From assembly GCA_963749495.1 (NCBI GenBank), contig CAVVMW010000022.1:1-64000 (forward strand): a DNA stretch of 64,000 bases, given 5' to 3'. Within the stretch, counting starts at the first letter, position 1. Each line of letters begins with the position of its first letter. Below the pieces are notes generated by a model, which was not told where the DNA came from, did no database searches, and saw only the letters and a program-made list of their open reading frames with translations. Positions 50,713 to 61,637 of this stretch are shown one piece after another. The position numbers were made by a program, and so were the translations under genes. This stretch comes from an uncultured bacterium (GTDB lineage Bacteria; Verrucomicrobiota; Verrucomicrobiia; Limisphaerales; UBA8199).

Positions 50713-53700
50713 CTAATTAAGCTTGTAAGCCAGGACGACGTTGGAGCCGATGCTCTGGATGCTGGTGATCGTCGTGGCCATGGGGGCGGAGATGCGGAAG
50801 TAACGGGCGCCGCTGGACACCGGGATGGTGAACGTGCCGGTGCCGCCGGAAACCATGCTATTGACAACGTCGCCGCAATCGCCGGCAACGGGCGAGGCGG
50901 TCAGCGTGGTCGAACCGGCCTTGGCGGTCAAATCCACAGCGAAGGCGCTGCCCAGGGAAGCGGTCGAGGCGCAGACGATGGGGTAATAGACATCGACGGC
51001 GCCGACCGGTTCGCTCGGGTCGCCCACGAGCGCCTCGGGATTGACGCCGTCCGGGTCCACGGCGGCGACCTGGAGGATAGCTCCGCCGCCGGTCTGCTCC
51101 CAGATGCACCGGAACGGATAGAGGCCGTCGGCCTCGACCACGAAGTCGAAGGTCTGGTAGGCGGTGTTGCCCGGGGCCTGGTATACGGCCGTGCCAGCCG
51201 CATCCCAGGGGCTGGCGCCGGAATAGAGCCCGCAGCGGTCGTCGGTGCCGATGCGGAACCTGTGGGCGCCGGCCTTCAACTGCAGGTAGCCCAAGGCTTC
51301 CACGGCGATGTTGATCTGGCCGCCGGCACAGAGGCCCGGCACGTTGGTCGGACTTCCGTTGAGGTTCCAGTTCAGTTCCGAGACGAGGCTGGTGGCTGTG
51401 AGGTCAACGGGGATCTGGGGAGGAATGGCCAGTTGCTGGAGCGCCCGGGTCAGGCTGTTGTCGAGGTTGTTCCCGCCGTTGAGGCTCTGGACCATGCGCG
51501 CCTGGAAGCCGCGCGCGGTCAAACTGCCCAGGGGCAGCCTGTTGGCAGCCGAAAGGAACGGGTATGAATAAGTCCAGGAGACGCTTTGGCTGACACCCTC
51601 GCTGTCCTTGAAGGTGAGGGTGTTGGTGAAAGTTGCGGCGGGCGGCAGGACCGAGATCGACCAGGTCACCTGGACCCCGCCGGCCGCCGCCGTGTTGGTC
51701 GAAGGCACTGCGACGCCGTTGATCGTAAAGCTGACGCTCGAGGCATCCACCGTCGTATCGCGGTTGGCGAGGATGGCGTAATTGGCCGGGGAGGCGCTGC
51801 TGACGGCCTGGCCGGCCAGCGGGGAGACCAGGGCAAGAATCGGGCGCAGCTTGCCCGGGTCGGGCACGGGCGCCAGGACAAAATAATTCTCTTCGATAAA
51901 GCCGGGGGTGGTGCTGGCATTGCCGGTGATGCGGTTGTTCAAGCGGAGCGTGTCGATGCCGCCGGCCAGGCGGACCACGAGCGGGTTGCCTGCGGCATCG
52001 GCGAGCTGGACATTGAAATGGGGGCCGCTGCCGTTGGGGCGGCCCAGGAACGAGCCCAGCACGGCATTGGTCTGGTTGGGCTGGGTGCGGTCGCTGGTCA
52101 CCCGCTCCAGGGTGACGAGGGATTGGGGCAGCGCATATTGCTCTTGCCGCAGATAGACGGCGTAGGTGCCGGCGGGGTACTTGTGCGTGTAATTCTGCCA
52201 ATCGCCGTCATGGATGTCTTCCACGTCCACCTCGAAGTAACCGCTGGCGTTGCCGCCGAGGCTGGCGTATTTGGCGCGGAGCAGGTCCGAGGAGTCGGTC
52301 GTCTGGACAAAGTTGTTCCAGCGGAAGACGTGGTCGGTGTCCTGGGGGATCGCGCCCGCGGGGTTGTCGCTGGCATCACGGTTGTTGTGATAGTCCACCC
52401 CCGGTATTCCCGCCATGCCGTTGTAGGCCTGCGGGTCGGTGGCGCCCGGGTTGTTGACGTAATCATCGGTGATGAGTTTGGGGTTATCTATGAACGAGCC
52501 GCCGGTGACTCCGTCCGCGCTGAAGTTGAACTCCTCGCATTCCACGACATACGCGGTTTGGAAGGTATCGAAACGGATCGGCACGGCGGCGGCCAGTTGC
52601 TGGCTGTTCACCGCCTGGATCGTTCCGGCATAGTTGGCCTCGGCCGCCAATACGCCCTTGAGAGTGAAGACCTGGTCCTTGGCCGTGCCGGTGACGGTGA
52701 CCCCCGGCGAGGCGCTGGTGTAAGTGGTGCCGTTGAGCGTCAACGAAATGTTGGTCGCAGGGATGTTCAGGGCGTCCCTCACCTCGAACGAGACCGAGTT
52801 CGAGCTGGACACAAAGTTGGCCCCGTCGGCGGGAGAAAGGTTGAAAATGGCCGGAGGGGCTCGCGCCGGCGATGCTCTGGCTCACGCGGGCGTTTCTGAA
52901 GACGACATCGGCCTCGTAGCACGGGCCGGAGGCGAAGGTGAATATGGCGTAGGCGCCATTGAGGTTGAGGTATGGGGCGGGGCTGCCGATCGTGGCGCCG
53001 TCACCCGCGAAGTCCGATGCGGGGGTATCGACCATGACATTCTGGAAGACGACGCGGTTGGGGTCGTTGATATCCTGGCTAAGGTCTTCGAGCCGGGCCT
53101 CGATGCGCTCGTTGGCGCCTTCCCCGGTCATCGCGAGGGTGTAGCGGCAATTCATGACGGGCAGGTTGTCGGGCCCCGTCGTCCACCATCCGTCGTAGTT
53201 CTTGCCCACGACCAGGTAGTTCGAGCTGTGGATATCGTGGGCGATATGATAGGCCGTGAGGCTATAGACGGCGGACAGGCTGGCAACCGGGAGGTAGCCC
53301 AGGACCGAGTAACTGCCCCCGCCGCCATTGAGTTCGTCATTGCCCAGGTTGTCGAAATCAACGCTGAACTCGAGCCGGCTGCCATCCACGACCTCGAACG
53401 TCTGGGCGGCATAGTAGGCGCCCGCGAAGCCGCCCTGCGAGGCCAGGCCCGCGATACATTCCACATACCCGGGGTTGCCGCCCGAAGGGGCGTACTCGGT
53501 CACCGAACTGTTCAGCCCCGGCACCCCCGACTGCTTGGCGAAGGTCGTCCACCCGGCCAGGTTGGTGTTCACGCTGAAATCGTCCAGGACCGAGTCCAGG
53601 AGCACAAAATCCTGGAGGTTGGCAAAGGAAACCGACGCCCCCGAGGACGAGGCCTGGTTCAGCACACCCAGGGCCGCGTAGCCGGGAGTGCCGATGAGGC

Positions 53701-54322
53701 CCGAACTGTCCGTGACGGTGTGCTCGAAGAGGCACGTGAAGTTCTGCCCCACCACCGCCCCGCTCTGCCGGTAAACGCGGGCGTCGAGCGCCACGCCGCC
53801 TCCGGACGGGGTCATCCGCAACGCCAGCGTGACATTGGTGTTCTGGATGTTCGTCCCATAGGTGCTGACGAAGTCGAACGAGTAAAGGACCGACCCGCCC
53901 TTTTTGATGAGGACGTTGCGCGCCCCGGCGTAGAGGGCGTAGCCGTTTGCCTCGAGGGTGCCGCCGCCGGGCACCCACCCCAGCACCGCCAGGGCATTGG
54001 CATCCCCGTTGCCGGGGGTCACCCCGTTGACGTCGACGCGCAATTCGAGGGTGTCGCCGGCCACATTCGCAAAAGGAGACGACGTCTTGAGGCTGTAGGC
54101 CAGGGCGCCCGCGCTATGGGCGCTGGCGACGGTAAACAGGCCGTTGGCCTGGGCGATGGCGCCGCCGTTAGGCGTGTCCGTCCAGCCGGTCTTGGGGCCG
54201 CTGAAGTTGTCGAGCACGGTCGCCCCCAGCGGCAGGCGCAGCAGCAATAGCAGCGCCCCGGCGATGAGACCGGCGCGGGCGAAGGTTCGGAGTGCGAGGG
54301 ATCGAACGGATGATTTTTTCAT
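50713..54322 (-). CDS. Large secreted beta-rich protein (CBM/PA14-like modules); frameshift near 52855
   Basis: MKKSSVRSL signal peptide, repeated VLDxFS modules, DDRCGL..GLYPFRCIWEQTGGGA PA14-like segment, RYFRI near the C-terminus. Confidence 0.75.
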
Positions 54323-54609
54323 ATCGGAGTCATGGTGGGTTTCTATGGTTTCGGATCGGCGCGCCGGCCGGGGGACATCGGCGGCGCGCTCGGAAGATTG
54401 CGGGGGGGCGAGCCGTGGAAGGGCGTTCTCACGTTGTTCCTTCAATTGCATCGACATGCTTCCATCCAGTGCCTGCCCCGGCAGGAGAGCCGGTCTGCCG
54501 GACTCCATCGGGAATCGAGCCGAGCCTACCCGGGCTGCCGGCCGCAGTCAAGCATTGTTGTCCGGCATTATTAGCAGGGTTCCTGGAAGCTGCGCGACGC
54601 GCTAATCCT

Positions 54610-55272
54610 TCAGGCGGCGGGTCCCTCAAGCATCTGGCGTAAAACGCGCAGGTTTTCCTCCGCGTCAAAGAGGGCGCGGATGGGGATCAGGAACCCGCTG
54701 ACCGCCAGGCTGCGCACAACGCCGGAGCCGCTCTTGAGCCGCAACACATAGCCGGTTGCGGCCAGTTCATATTGTTCGAGGGTCTGGGTTGCCGGATCGA
54801 TCAGCCAAAACTCAGGCACGCCGTGCGCGGCGTAATCGCGGAATTTCACCCCACGGTCCCGCTGGGCGGTGCTCTCGGAAAGGACCTCGGCAATGAAGTC
54901 GGGCGCCGGGAACAGCAATTGACCCGGCTCGATGCCGGCGGCCTTGTCAGGGCCGTAGAAAAGAACGTCGGGCTCGTAGTCGTTGCGCGTGAGCGAGACC
55001 AGGGCCTTCTCGTCGAGCACCAGGCCCAGTTTGTGGACCTCCACGTAAGCCGAAAGCAGACGCGACAAATGCATCCGCGCTCGCGTGTGGCGGGCAGTGG
55101 CAGGGGAGTGCATGATCACTTCTCCATTGATGAACTCGGCCTTGAGGCCGGCCGGCAACTCGTCGCGGAATTTGTGCCGCAGCCGGCGCTCCTCCTCGAG
55201 CCGGGCCTTGATCTGCTCCTCGTACAGAGCCAATTCCGGCGCTTCCAGCAATTCGTTCGGCAGCGTCACCAT
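54610..55272 (-). CDS. Uma2/DUF820-family putative endonuclease
   Basis: EFINGEVIMHSP, YEPDV, PDFIAEVLSEST, DRGVKFRDYAAHGVPEFWLIDP. Confidence 0.92.
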   Translation of the reverse strand: MVTLPNELLEAPELALYEEQIKARLEEERRLRHKFRDELPAGLKAEFINGEVIMHSPATARHTRARMHLSRLLSAYVEVHKLGLVLDEKALVSLTRNDYEPDVLFYGPDKAAGIEPGQLLFPAPDFIAEVLSESTAQRDRGVKFRDYAAHGVPEFWLIDPATQTLEQYELAATGYVLRLKSGSGVVRSLAVSGFLIPIRALFDAEENLRVLRQMLEGPAA

Positions 55273-55409
55273 GCGCGCAAAACTACGCGGCCCCGGCCGC
55301 CGAGGCAAGCCCCGGTTTTGCCCCTGGGGTGGGCGCCCGAGGCGCGGGAATTTGCGCGACGGCAAATGAGTCTTATAATGATAATGTGAAAAAGTTACAG
55401 AGAAGTCGG

Positions 55410-57080
55410 ATGGATCCCAACGATAACACGCCGGAGCCGGAGGGCGCCGGGCCGGAGGGGGCGGCGCCGCCGGAGGGCCCGGAGGTTGTCTCGGCGCTCC
55501 AGATGCTGGATCGCCTCACCTACGAGCTGGCGGCGCAGGGCATTCCGCCCTCGGGGATGGGGCCGTTGCGGCGCCGGATCGCGGAGATGGAGGAGTTGCA
55601 GGACCAGGCGCGGACGGCGGTGGAGAAGCTCAACGAAGCGGTGGATAAGCTGCGGGCGCCGGCGTTGCGGGTGGGCACGCTGCTGCAGAAGCTGGCGAGC
55701 GAGCGGGCGCTGGTCTGCGCGAGCGGGGCCGAATATGTCTGCAGCCTGGACCCGGCGCTGCCGGAGGCCACGCTGGAGACGGGGGTGCGGGTCCTGCTCA
55801 ACGAGGCCTTTGCGGTGACCGACGTCTTCGGGTTCGAAAAGAACGGGCCGGTGGTGCGGGTCACGGAGTTGCTGGCGGACGGGCGGCTGCGGGTGGGCAA
55901 CGAGAGCGGGATTTCGGACGCGGTGGTGGTGCGCTCATCGTTGCTGGCGAAGGAGAAACTGAAGGCGGGGTTGGACGTGAGGCTGGACAGCCAGCACCGG
56001 GTGGCGGTGGAGGCGCTGGGCGGGGCCAGGCGGCTGGATTGGGCCTGCACGCGGGTGGAGCCGATACCGTGGCAGGCGATTGGGGGGCAGCAGGAGGCGG
56101 TGCAGGGGATCCGGGATTGCATCGAGTTGCCGTTTCTGCACGCGCGCCTCTTCCAGCGTTTCCAACACCCGGTGCCCAAGGGGTTCCTGCTCTATGGCCC
56201 GCCCGGCTGCGGCAAGACGCTCCTGGGCAAGGCCACCGCCCACAACCTGCGCCAGCAAATCCGCCGCCAGACCGGCCAGGACCGCCAGGAGTTCTTCCTC
56301 AGCGTGAAGGGGCCCGAGATCCTCAACATGTGGCTGGGCGAATCGGAGCGCCAGGTGCGCGACCTCTTCGTCCAGTGCCGCGAAAAGGCCGCCGAGGGCC
56401 ACCTGCGCTTCCTCTTCATCGATGAGGCCGAGTCCATCCTGGGCACCCGCCACGCCGCGCGGGTGGGGTCCAACATCCTCTCGACGCTGGTCCCCATGTT
56501 CTGCACTGAGATGGACGGCCTGGAGGCCCTGCAAAACGTCGTGGTCATCCTGGCCTCCAACCGGGCCGACCTCATCGACCCCGCCATCCTGCGCCCCGGC
56601 CGCATCGACCGCAAGATTCGCGTGCGCCGCCCGGACAAAACGGCCGCGCGCGAGATTTACCTGATCTATCTTGCCCAGGACCTGCCCCTGGCCGAACCTC
56701 GAGAGGAACTCGTCGACGCCATCGTCGAGGCCCATTACGCCAAGAGCGAGGAGAACCGGTTCCTGGATGTCGCCTTCCGCAGCGGGCGCCACGATTACCT
56801 GTATCGCGGCGACCTGGCCAGCGGGGCCATTATCGCCGCCGTGGTCGAGCGGGCCAAGGAATCCGCCATCAAACGCTCCATCGCGCTCGAGAGCGAGTCG
56901 CCGATCACACGGCAGGACCTGTGCGAGGCCCTGGCCCGCGAGTATCGGGAGAATGAACTGTTCCCGCCCAGCGACATCACTGAGGACTGGCTCAAGCTGA
57001 CCGATTTCGATCCGGGCAACGTCGTCCGCCTCTCACCCTATCGCCCCGGCGGGCGGGACTGGGTGGCGGCCGCCGTTTGA
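55410..57080 (+). CDS. arc: Proteasome-associated AAA ATPase (ARC/Mpa)
   Basis: N-terminal coiled coil plus OB-like region, GPPGCGKT, VKGPEILNMWLGESERQVR, FIDE, SNRADLIDPAILRPGRID. Confidence 0.9.
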   Translation: MDPNDNTPEPEGAGPEGAAPPEGPEVVSALQMLDRLTYELAAQGIPPSGMGPLRRRIAEMEELQDQARTAVEKLNEAVDKLRAPALRVGTLLQKLASERALVCASGAEYVCSLDPALPEATLETGVRVLLNEAFAVTDVFGFEKNGPVVRVTELLADGRLRVGNESGISDAVVVRSSLLAKEKLKAGLDVRLDSQHRVAVEALGGARRLDWACTRVEPIPWQAIGGQQEAVQGIRDCIELPFLHARLFQRFQHPVPKGFLLYGPPGCGKTLLGKATAHNLRQQIRRQTGQDRQEFFLSVKGPEILNMWLGESERQVRDLFVQCREKAAEGHLRFLFIDEAESILGTRHAARVGSNILSTLVPMFCTEMDGLEALQNVVVILASNRADLIDPAILRPGRIDRKIRVRRPDKTAAREIYLIYLAQDLPLAEPREELVDAIVEAHYAKSEENRFLDVAFRSGRHDYLYRGDLASGAIIAAVVERAKESAIKRSIALESESPITRQDLCEALAREYRENELFPPSDITEDWLKLTDFDPGNVVRLSPYRPGGRDWVAAAV

Positions 57081-57157
57081 AGGAGCGGCGCCCGGACAAC
57101 GCATGCCGCAACCCGCACTATGAGAGCAACCCACCGGAGAGAGTAAATCGCGCCATC

Positions 57158-58689
57158 ATGCAAGGAGGACTTGACATTCAGTTCGGCACGGAGACCGAGA
57201 TCGGCATCTGCCGTGAGCGCCCGGAGGGGCAGGACGTGGTCACCGAGGCCATCGCGCTGATCAACGCGGCGACGGCGCCGGGCGTGCGCCGCCGCTGGGA
57301 CTACCAGTGCGAGGACCCGCACTGCGACGCGCGCGGGTTCCGCGTCAACGAACTGCTCCAGGACCGCGACGAGGCCAACTACTTCGCCCAGGACACCCGG
57401 CGCGGCCTGTCCGCGGACGCCATCCGGTGCGACTTGGTCCTGCGCAACGGCGCCCGTTTTTACAATGACCACTGTCATCCGGAGTATTGCTCGCCGGAGT
57501 GCAGCACCTTGCTGGAGCACCTGCAGCAGGACCACGCCGGCGATCAGCTCCTTATGGAGTGCGCCCGCAATCTCAACCAGGGGTCCGACAACCCGGTGCG
57601 CCTCTACAAGAACAACACCGATTTCTGCGGCCACAGCTACGGCTGCCACGAGAATTACCTCCTGCCGCGCGTCCTGCCCTGGGAGGCCCTCAGCCAGGGC
57701 CTCATGGCCTTCCTGGTCACCCGCCAGGTCATGTGCGGCGCCGGCAAGTTCGGCTGGGAAGACGAGGACCGGTTCCTGAACCCGGGCTTCCAGATCTCCC
57801 AGCGCAGCGACTTCTTCTTCGAGCTGCAGAGCATCGATACCATGCAGCGGCGGCCCATCATCAACACGCGCGACGAGCCCCACGCCAATTCCCAGCTCTT
57901 TCGCCGGTTCCACGTGATCCTGGGCGACTCGAACCTCTCGCTCTACGCCACGTATCTGAAGATCGGCGCCACCGCCCTGGTCCTGCAGGCCCTGCTCAAC
58001 GGCGCCCCGGCCGAGCGCATCCCGCGCCTGGCCGACCCCCTGCGCGCCCTCAAGGGCATCTCCCGCGACCGCACCTGGAAATGGCGCTGCCAGGCCGCCT
58101 CCGGGCTCGAGACCTCCGCCCTCCAAATCCAGCGGACCTACCTGGAGTTGGTCCGCGAGTTCTGCCCGCACGTCAGCCCCGACTGGCTGGCGCTGGTCGG
58201 GGCCTGGCACGAGGTCCTCACCGACCTGGAGCAGGAGCCGATGCGCGCCGCCGATCGTTTGGACTGGGTGGCCAAGTTCAGGCTGGTCGAGCAATTCCGC
58301 CAGGCGGAGGAGGTTGGCGAGGACGATCCGTGGCTGATGAGCCTGGACCTGGCCTACCACCTGCTCGACCCCCAGCAGGGGCTCTTCTACGGCCTGATGG
58401 ACCAGGGGACCTTCCGCCTCCCCTATCCCCTGGCGGAGATCAAGGCCCACAGCCTTTGCCCCCCTCCAGCACCCGCGCGGCCGTCCGCGGCCGGTGCATC
58501 GAGAAATTCGGCTCCGCCGTCCAAGCCGCCCAGTGGGACCACATCCTGTTGCTGGGCTCTTATGGGAAAATCAAGCTCGACCTGCGCGACCTCTTCGAGG
58601 CCCAACAGATCAAGAAATCCCTGGATATCATCAACGCCGCCCGCACCGTCAATGATTTGGCCCACCTGGAATTTGCCAAGCTTGTTTAA
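57158..58689 (+). CDS. dop: Dop-like deamidase/depupylase (PafA2 family); frameshift near 58460
   Basis: FGTETE, RWDY, NGARFYNDHCHPEYCSPE, LYKNNTD..GHSYGCHENY, SQRSDF, RPIINTRDEPH; C-terminal STRAAVRGRCIEKF..AAQWD in the shifted frame. Confidence 0.88.
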
Positions 58690-58741
58690 TGGAGTAAATA
58701 GAAGATAGGAGCAATAGCTCGACCAAGACATCAACAACCTT

Positions 58742-58915
58742 ATGCCTGATCGCATCCAAAAACCTCTGCCCCCCATGCCGGCTCCCGGCGGCGGCGGCGG
58801 CCCAGGCCCTGCCGCACCGAAAGTCGAAAAGCCCAACACCGACGAACTGCTCAAGCGCATGCGCCGCGTCGATCCCGACCAGGCCCGGCGCTACCGCCAA
58901 CGGACCGGCCAATGA
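58742..58915 (+). CDS. ubact: Ubiquitin-like modifier UBact (Pup analogue), 57 aa; not in the ORF track
   Basis: MPDRIQKPLPPMPAPGGGGGPGPAAPKVEKPNTDELLKRMRRVDPDQARRYRQRTGQ*; C-terminal R-T-G-Q; lies between dop and prcB with an ATGA overlap. Confidence 0.93.
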   Translation: MPDRIQKPLPPMPAPGGGGGPGPAAPKVEKPNTDELLKRMRRVDPDQARRYRQRTGQ

Positions 58916-59673
58916 GCGGCGACTTCCTGGCGCTGCTCGACCAACACCGCTTTGTCCCCGTTGGCGCCGCCGGGGCGGGTCCGTTGCCCCTGGAGGCCAC
59001 CACGGTGTTCGCCTTTCATTGCGCCGAGGGCGTGATGATCGCCGGCGACCACCGCGCCACGGCGGGCAATGTCATCTTTTCAGACCGGACGGAGAAGATC
59101 CTCGAGTTGGATTCGCACGCGCTCATGGCCATTGCCGGGGTGCCGGCGACGGCCTTCGAGATGGCGCGGACGCTCCAGACGGCCTTCGAGTTCTACCGCC
59201 GCAGCCAATTGCAGCCCATGAGCCTGCAGGCCAAGCTGCGAGCCCTCTCCAAACTGCTGCGCGACAATATCCCCGCCACCTTGCAGGGCATCGGGGTGGT
59301 CGCTCCGATTTTCGCCGGCATCGAGGGCCGCGACTCGGATGCCAAGCCGATGATCTTCTTCTATGACCCGCTCGGGGCCCAATTCGAGGCCGCCGCCTTT
59401 GCCGGGTCCGGCTCGGGGTCCGGGGCGATCAAGAGCGTCCTGCACTACCTGGAGACCTGGGGCAAACCGCGCCCGGCGGAATTGCCGGTGGGCGAGGCGG
59501 TGGTCCTGGCCAACCGCTTGCTGATGACCGCCGCCGAGTTCGATGCCGCCACCGGCGGCGTGCGCCCCGAACAGCAGGAGTTCGCCACTCTCAAGCTGCT
59601 CTCGGTCGCGGGCATCCGCACCCTCACCCGGGAAGAACAAACGCGGTTCTGGAAAAACGCCCGTCATGATTGA
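58912..59673 (+). CDS. prcB: 20S proteasome beta subunit
   Basis: Propeptide then TTVFAF..GVMIAGDHRATAG, EKI, GSGSG, DAATGG. Confidence 0.92.
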   Translation: MSGDFLALLDQHRFVPVGAAGAGPLPLEATTVFAFHCAEGVMIAGDHRATAGNVIFSDRTEKILELDSHALMAIAGVPATAFEMARTLQTAFEFYRRSQLQPMSLQAKLRALSKLLRDNIPATLQGIGVVAPIFAGIEGRDSDAKPMIFFYDPLGAQFEAAAFAGSGSGSGAIKSVLHYLETWGKPRPAELPVGEAVVLANRLLMTAAEFDAATGGVRPEQQEFATLKLLSVAGIRTLTREEQTRFWKNARHD

Positions 59674-60379
59674 AGAGCCCTATCGCTGGCTGGAGGCCAT
59701 TGCCAACCGCCGCGAATACATCGGCGACCGTCTCCGCAGCGGCACGCCCGTCTTTGCCCTGTCGCGGCCCGAGGGCATCCTCTTGCTGGGCGTCGGCCAG
59801 GGCCAGTCCAAGGTCTTCGAGATCTACGACCGCCATGCCTTCGCCGCCCTGGGCCACCCGGTGGACATCGAGAAGATGCGCCAGGCCGCCATCGAGGCGG
59901 CGCACCTGGAGGGCTTCAACCGCGCCGCGCGCGACGTCACCTTGCGCCGGCTCATCAGCTTCTCGCTGAGCAGCACCCTCAAGAATGCCTTCGAGCAGGT
60001 CTTCGCCCCGCCGCTCATCGTCGAGTCGATCTTCGCCGAATTGGGCGACGCCCCGGCCCAGGACATCCTGGTGCGCGTGCATTACGACGGCGATCATCAC
60101 TACGAGGCCTCCGGGGTGCTGGTCGCCCACAGCGAGGTCCAGGCCGAGACCGAGGCGCGCGACTGGATTCGCAACGCCCTGCAGCCCTCCGATTCCCTGG
60201 CCCACGTTCTGGGGGTCTGCCTGCTGGCCTGGCAGACCCTCACCACCAAGGGCGCCTTTGCCTCCCTGGCGGCGCCCCGCAAACCGCCCCTGCAGGTCCC
60301 CGGCAAGACCGTCGAGGCCGCCCTCCTGGATCGCCAACTGCCCGGACCGGTCCATTACCGGGTGCTCGACCTCAAGTAG
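59666..60379 (+). CDS. prcA: 20S proteasome alpha subunit
   Basis: EEPYRW..RREY, KVFEIYDR, EAALLDR. Confidence 0.88.
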   Translation: MIEEPYRWLEAIANRREYIGDRLRSGTPVFALSRPEGILLLGVGQGQSKVFEIYDRHAFAALGHPVDIEKMRQAAIEAAHLEGFNRAARDVTLRRLISFSLSSTLKNAFEQVFAPPLIVESIFAELGDAPAQDILVRVHYDGDHHYEASGVLVAHSEVQAETEARDWIRNALQPSDSLAHVLGVCLLAWQTLTTKGAFASLAAPRKPPLQVPGKTVEAALLDRQLPGPVHYRVLDLK

Positions 60380-60381
60380 AG

Positions 60382-60902
60382 GTGTCTCAACGCATCACAG
60401 GTTTGGAAACCGAATACGGCTGCCTGGTCCAACCGCCGGCCCTGGCGCTGGAGGTGCTGCCGCGCATCCGCGACTGGCTCTTCGAGGACCAGCGCTCCTC
60501 GAGGGCCTGGCCTCCAATCCGGACTCGCTCGTCGGCCTGGTCAATTGGGTCACCAAGCGATACTTGCTCGCCCAGTTCCGCGCCCGCCAGGGCCTGGATT
60601 GGGACCACCCCTGGCTCGAATCCCAGGACCTTGAGTTCCACCACATTGACCCCACGCGCAGTTTCGGCCTGGCCTTGGCCGAGCCGCGCGGTTTCTGGAA
60701 CCCCACCGGCATCGAGCAGGCCAAACGCGAGGCCCCGGCCAATTCCCGCGCCTGCGCTCGCAGCCGGCTCATGCGTGAAATCCAAAACCAGGCCTGCTCC
60801 TATTTCGTCGATTGGGAAGAGGTCTCCGTCCCCAACCAGAAACGCGCCCTGCTCCTGGACCCCTTCAGAACCCACCCGCAATCCGCAGCCAGGAGGCTGT
60901 AG
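60382..60902 (+). pseudogene. pafA: PafA-like modifier ligase with a large internal deletion
   Basis: RITGLETEYG (~38 aa) joined out of frame to the C-terminal VNWVTKRYLL..QDLEFHHID..APANSRACAR..VDW..LLDPF. Confidence 0.85.
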
Positions 60903-61637
60903 GCCGTCCTAACGCTTCCGCTTGCCATCGCTTCTTGCGCGGAGATCCTTGATTGCGACAACGTGCAATGGGTCCACCGTCACAATCTCACCATCCCGGT
61001 CCAGCACGGCGAGCGAGCGAGGGCCGACCAGTCTTGTTGCGGAGGCGCAGGGCGATCTGGTGACGCTCCTGGTCTTCAAAACCAATGACGTGGTTTTTAT
61101 CCTCTGCAATAAATCGTCTCTAAGGCGTTGCAATAAATCGACATGCCACGACTTTATGAAAGAAATCCCAGGCGGACTGTTTGATACAAAATCGCCAAAA
61201 CGGGGTCATTCCGCCCCAAAACGTGTTAGTTTCTGTTAGGACTTTCCTTCTCCGCTCCTGGCTGCTCCGAACCCTCCCCCCCTCTCTGCGCCGGGTTCGC
61301 CATATCGCCGCCGGAGCGTTTGCGGGGCATCCAAACGCCCGCTTCGCCGTGAGATTGATGAAGCGTGAAAATCACGCACAATGCGTGAAGAACACGCACG
61401 GCGGGGTGGTCGGTAAGAAAGGAGAAGGGCTGAAATAGGGCTGTTTGGAGGTATCCAACCGCATGGCATGAACTATGCTAAAAGATGATTGAACCGCACA
61501 ATCGCCATAGGGTTTGTCCGGCGGTTTTGAGGAATCGTTAGTCGCTTTTGCCAGTCACTTGGGCCACCGGGAACTACGGGAGCGGTTCGAATATGAACCA
61601 GCGGTTATCGACTTTCTCTAGCCAGGGAGAACGATAG

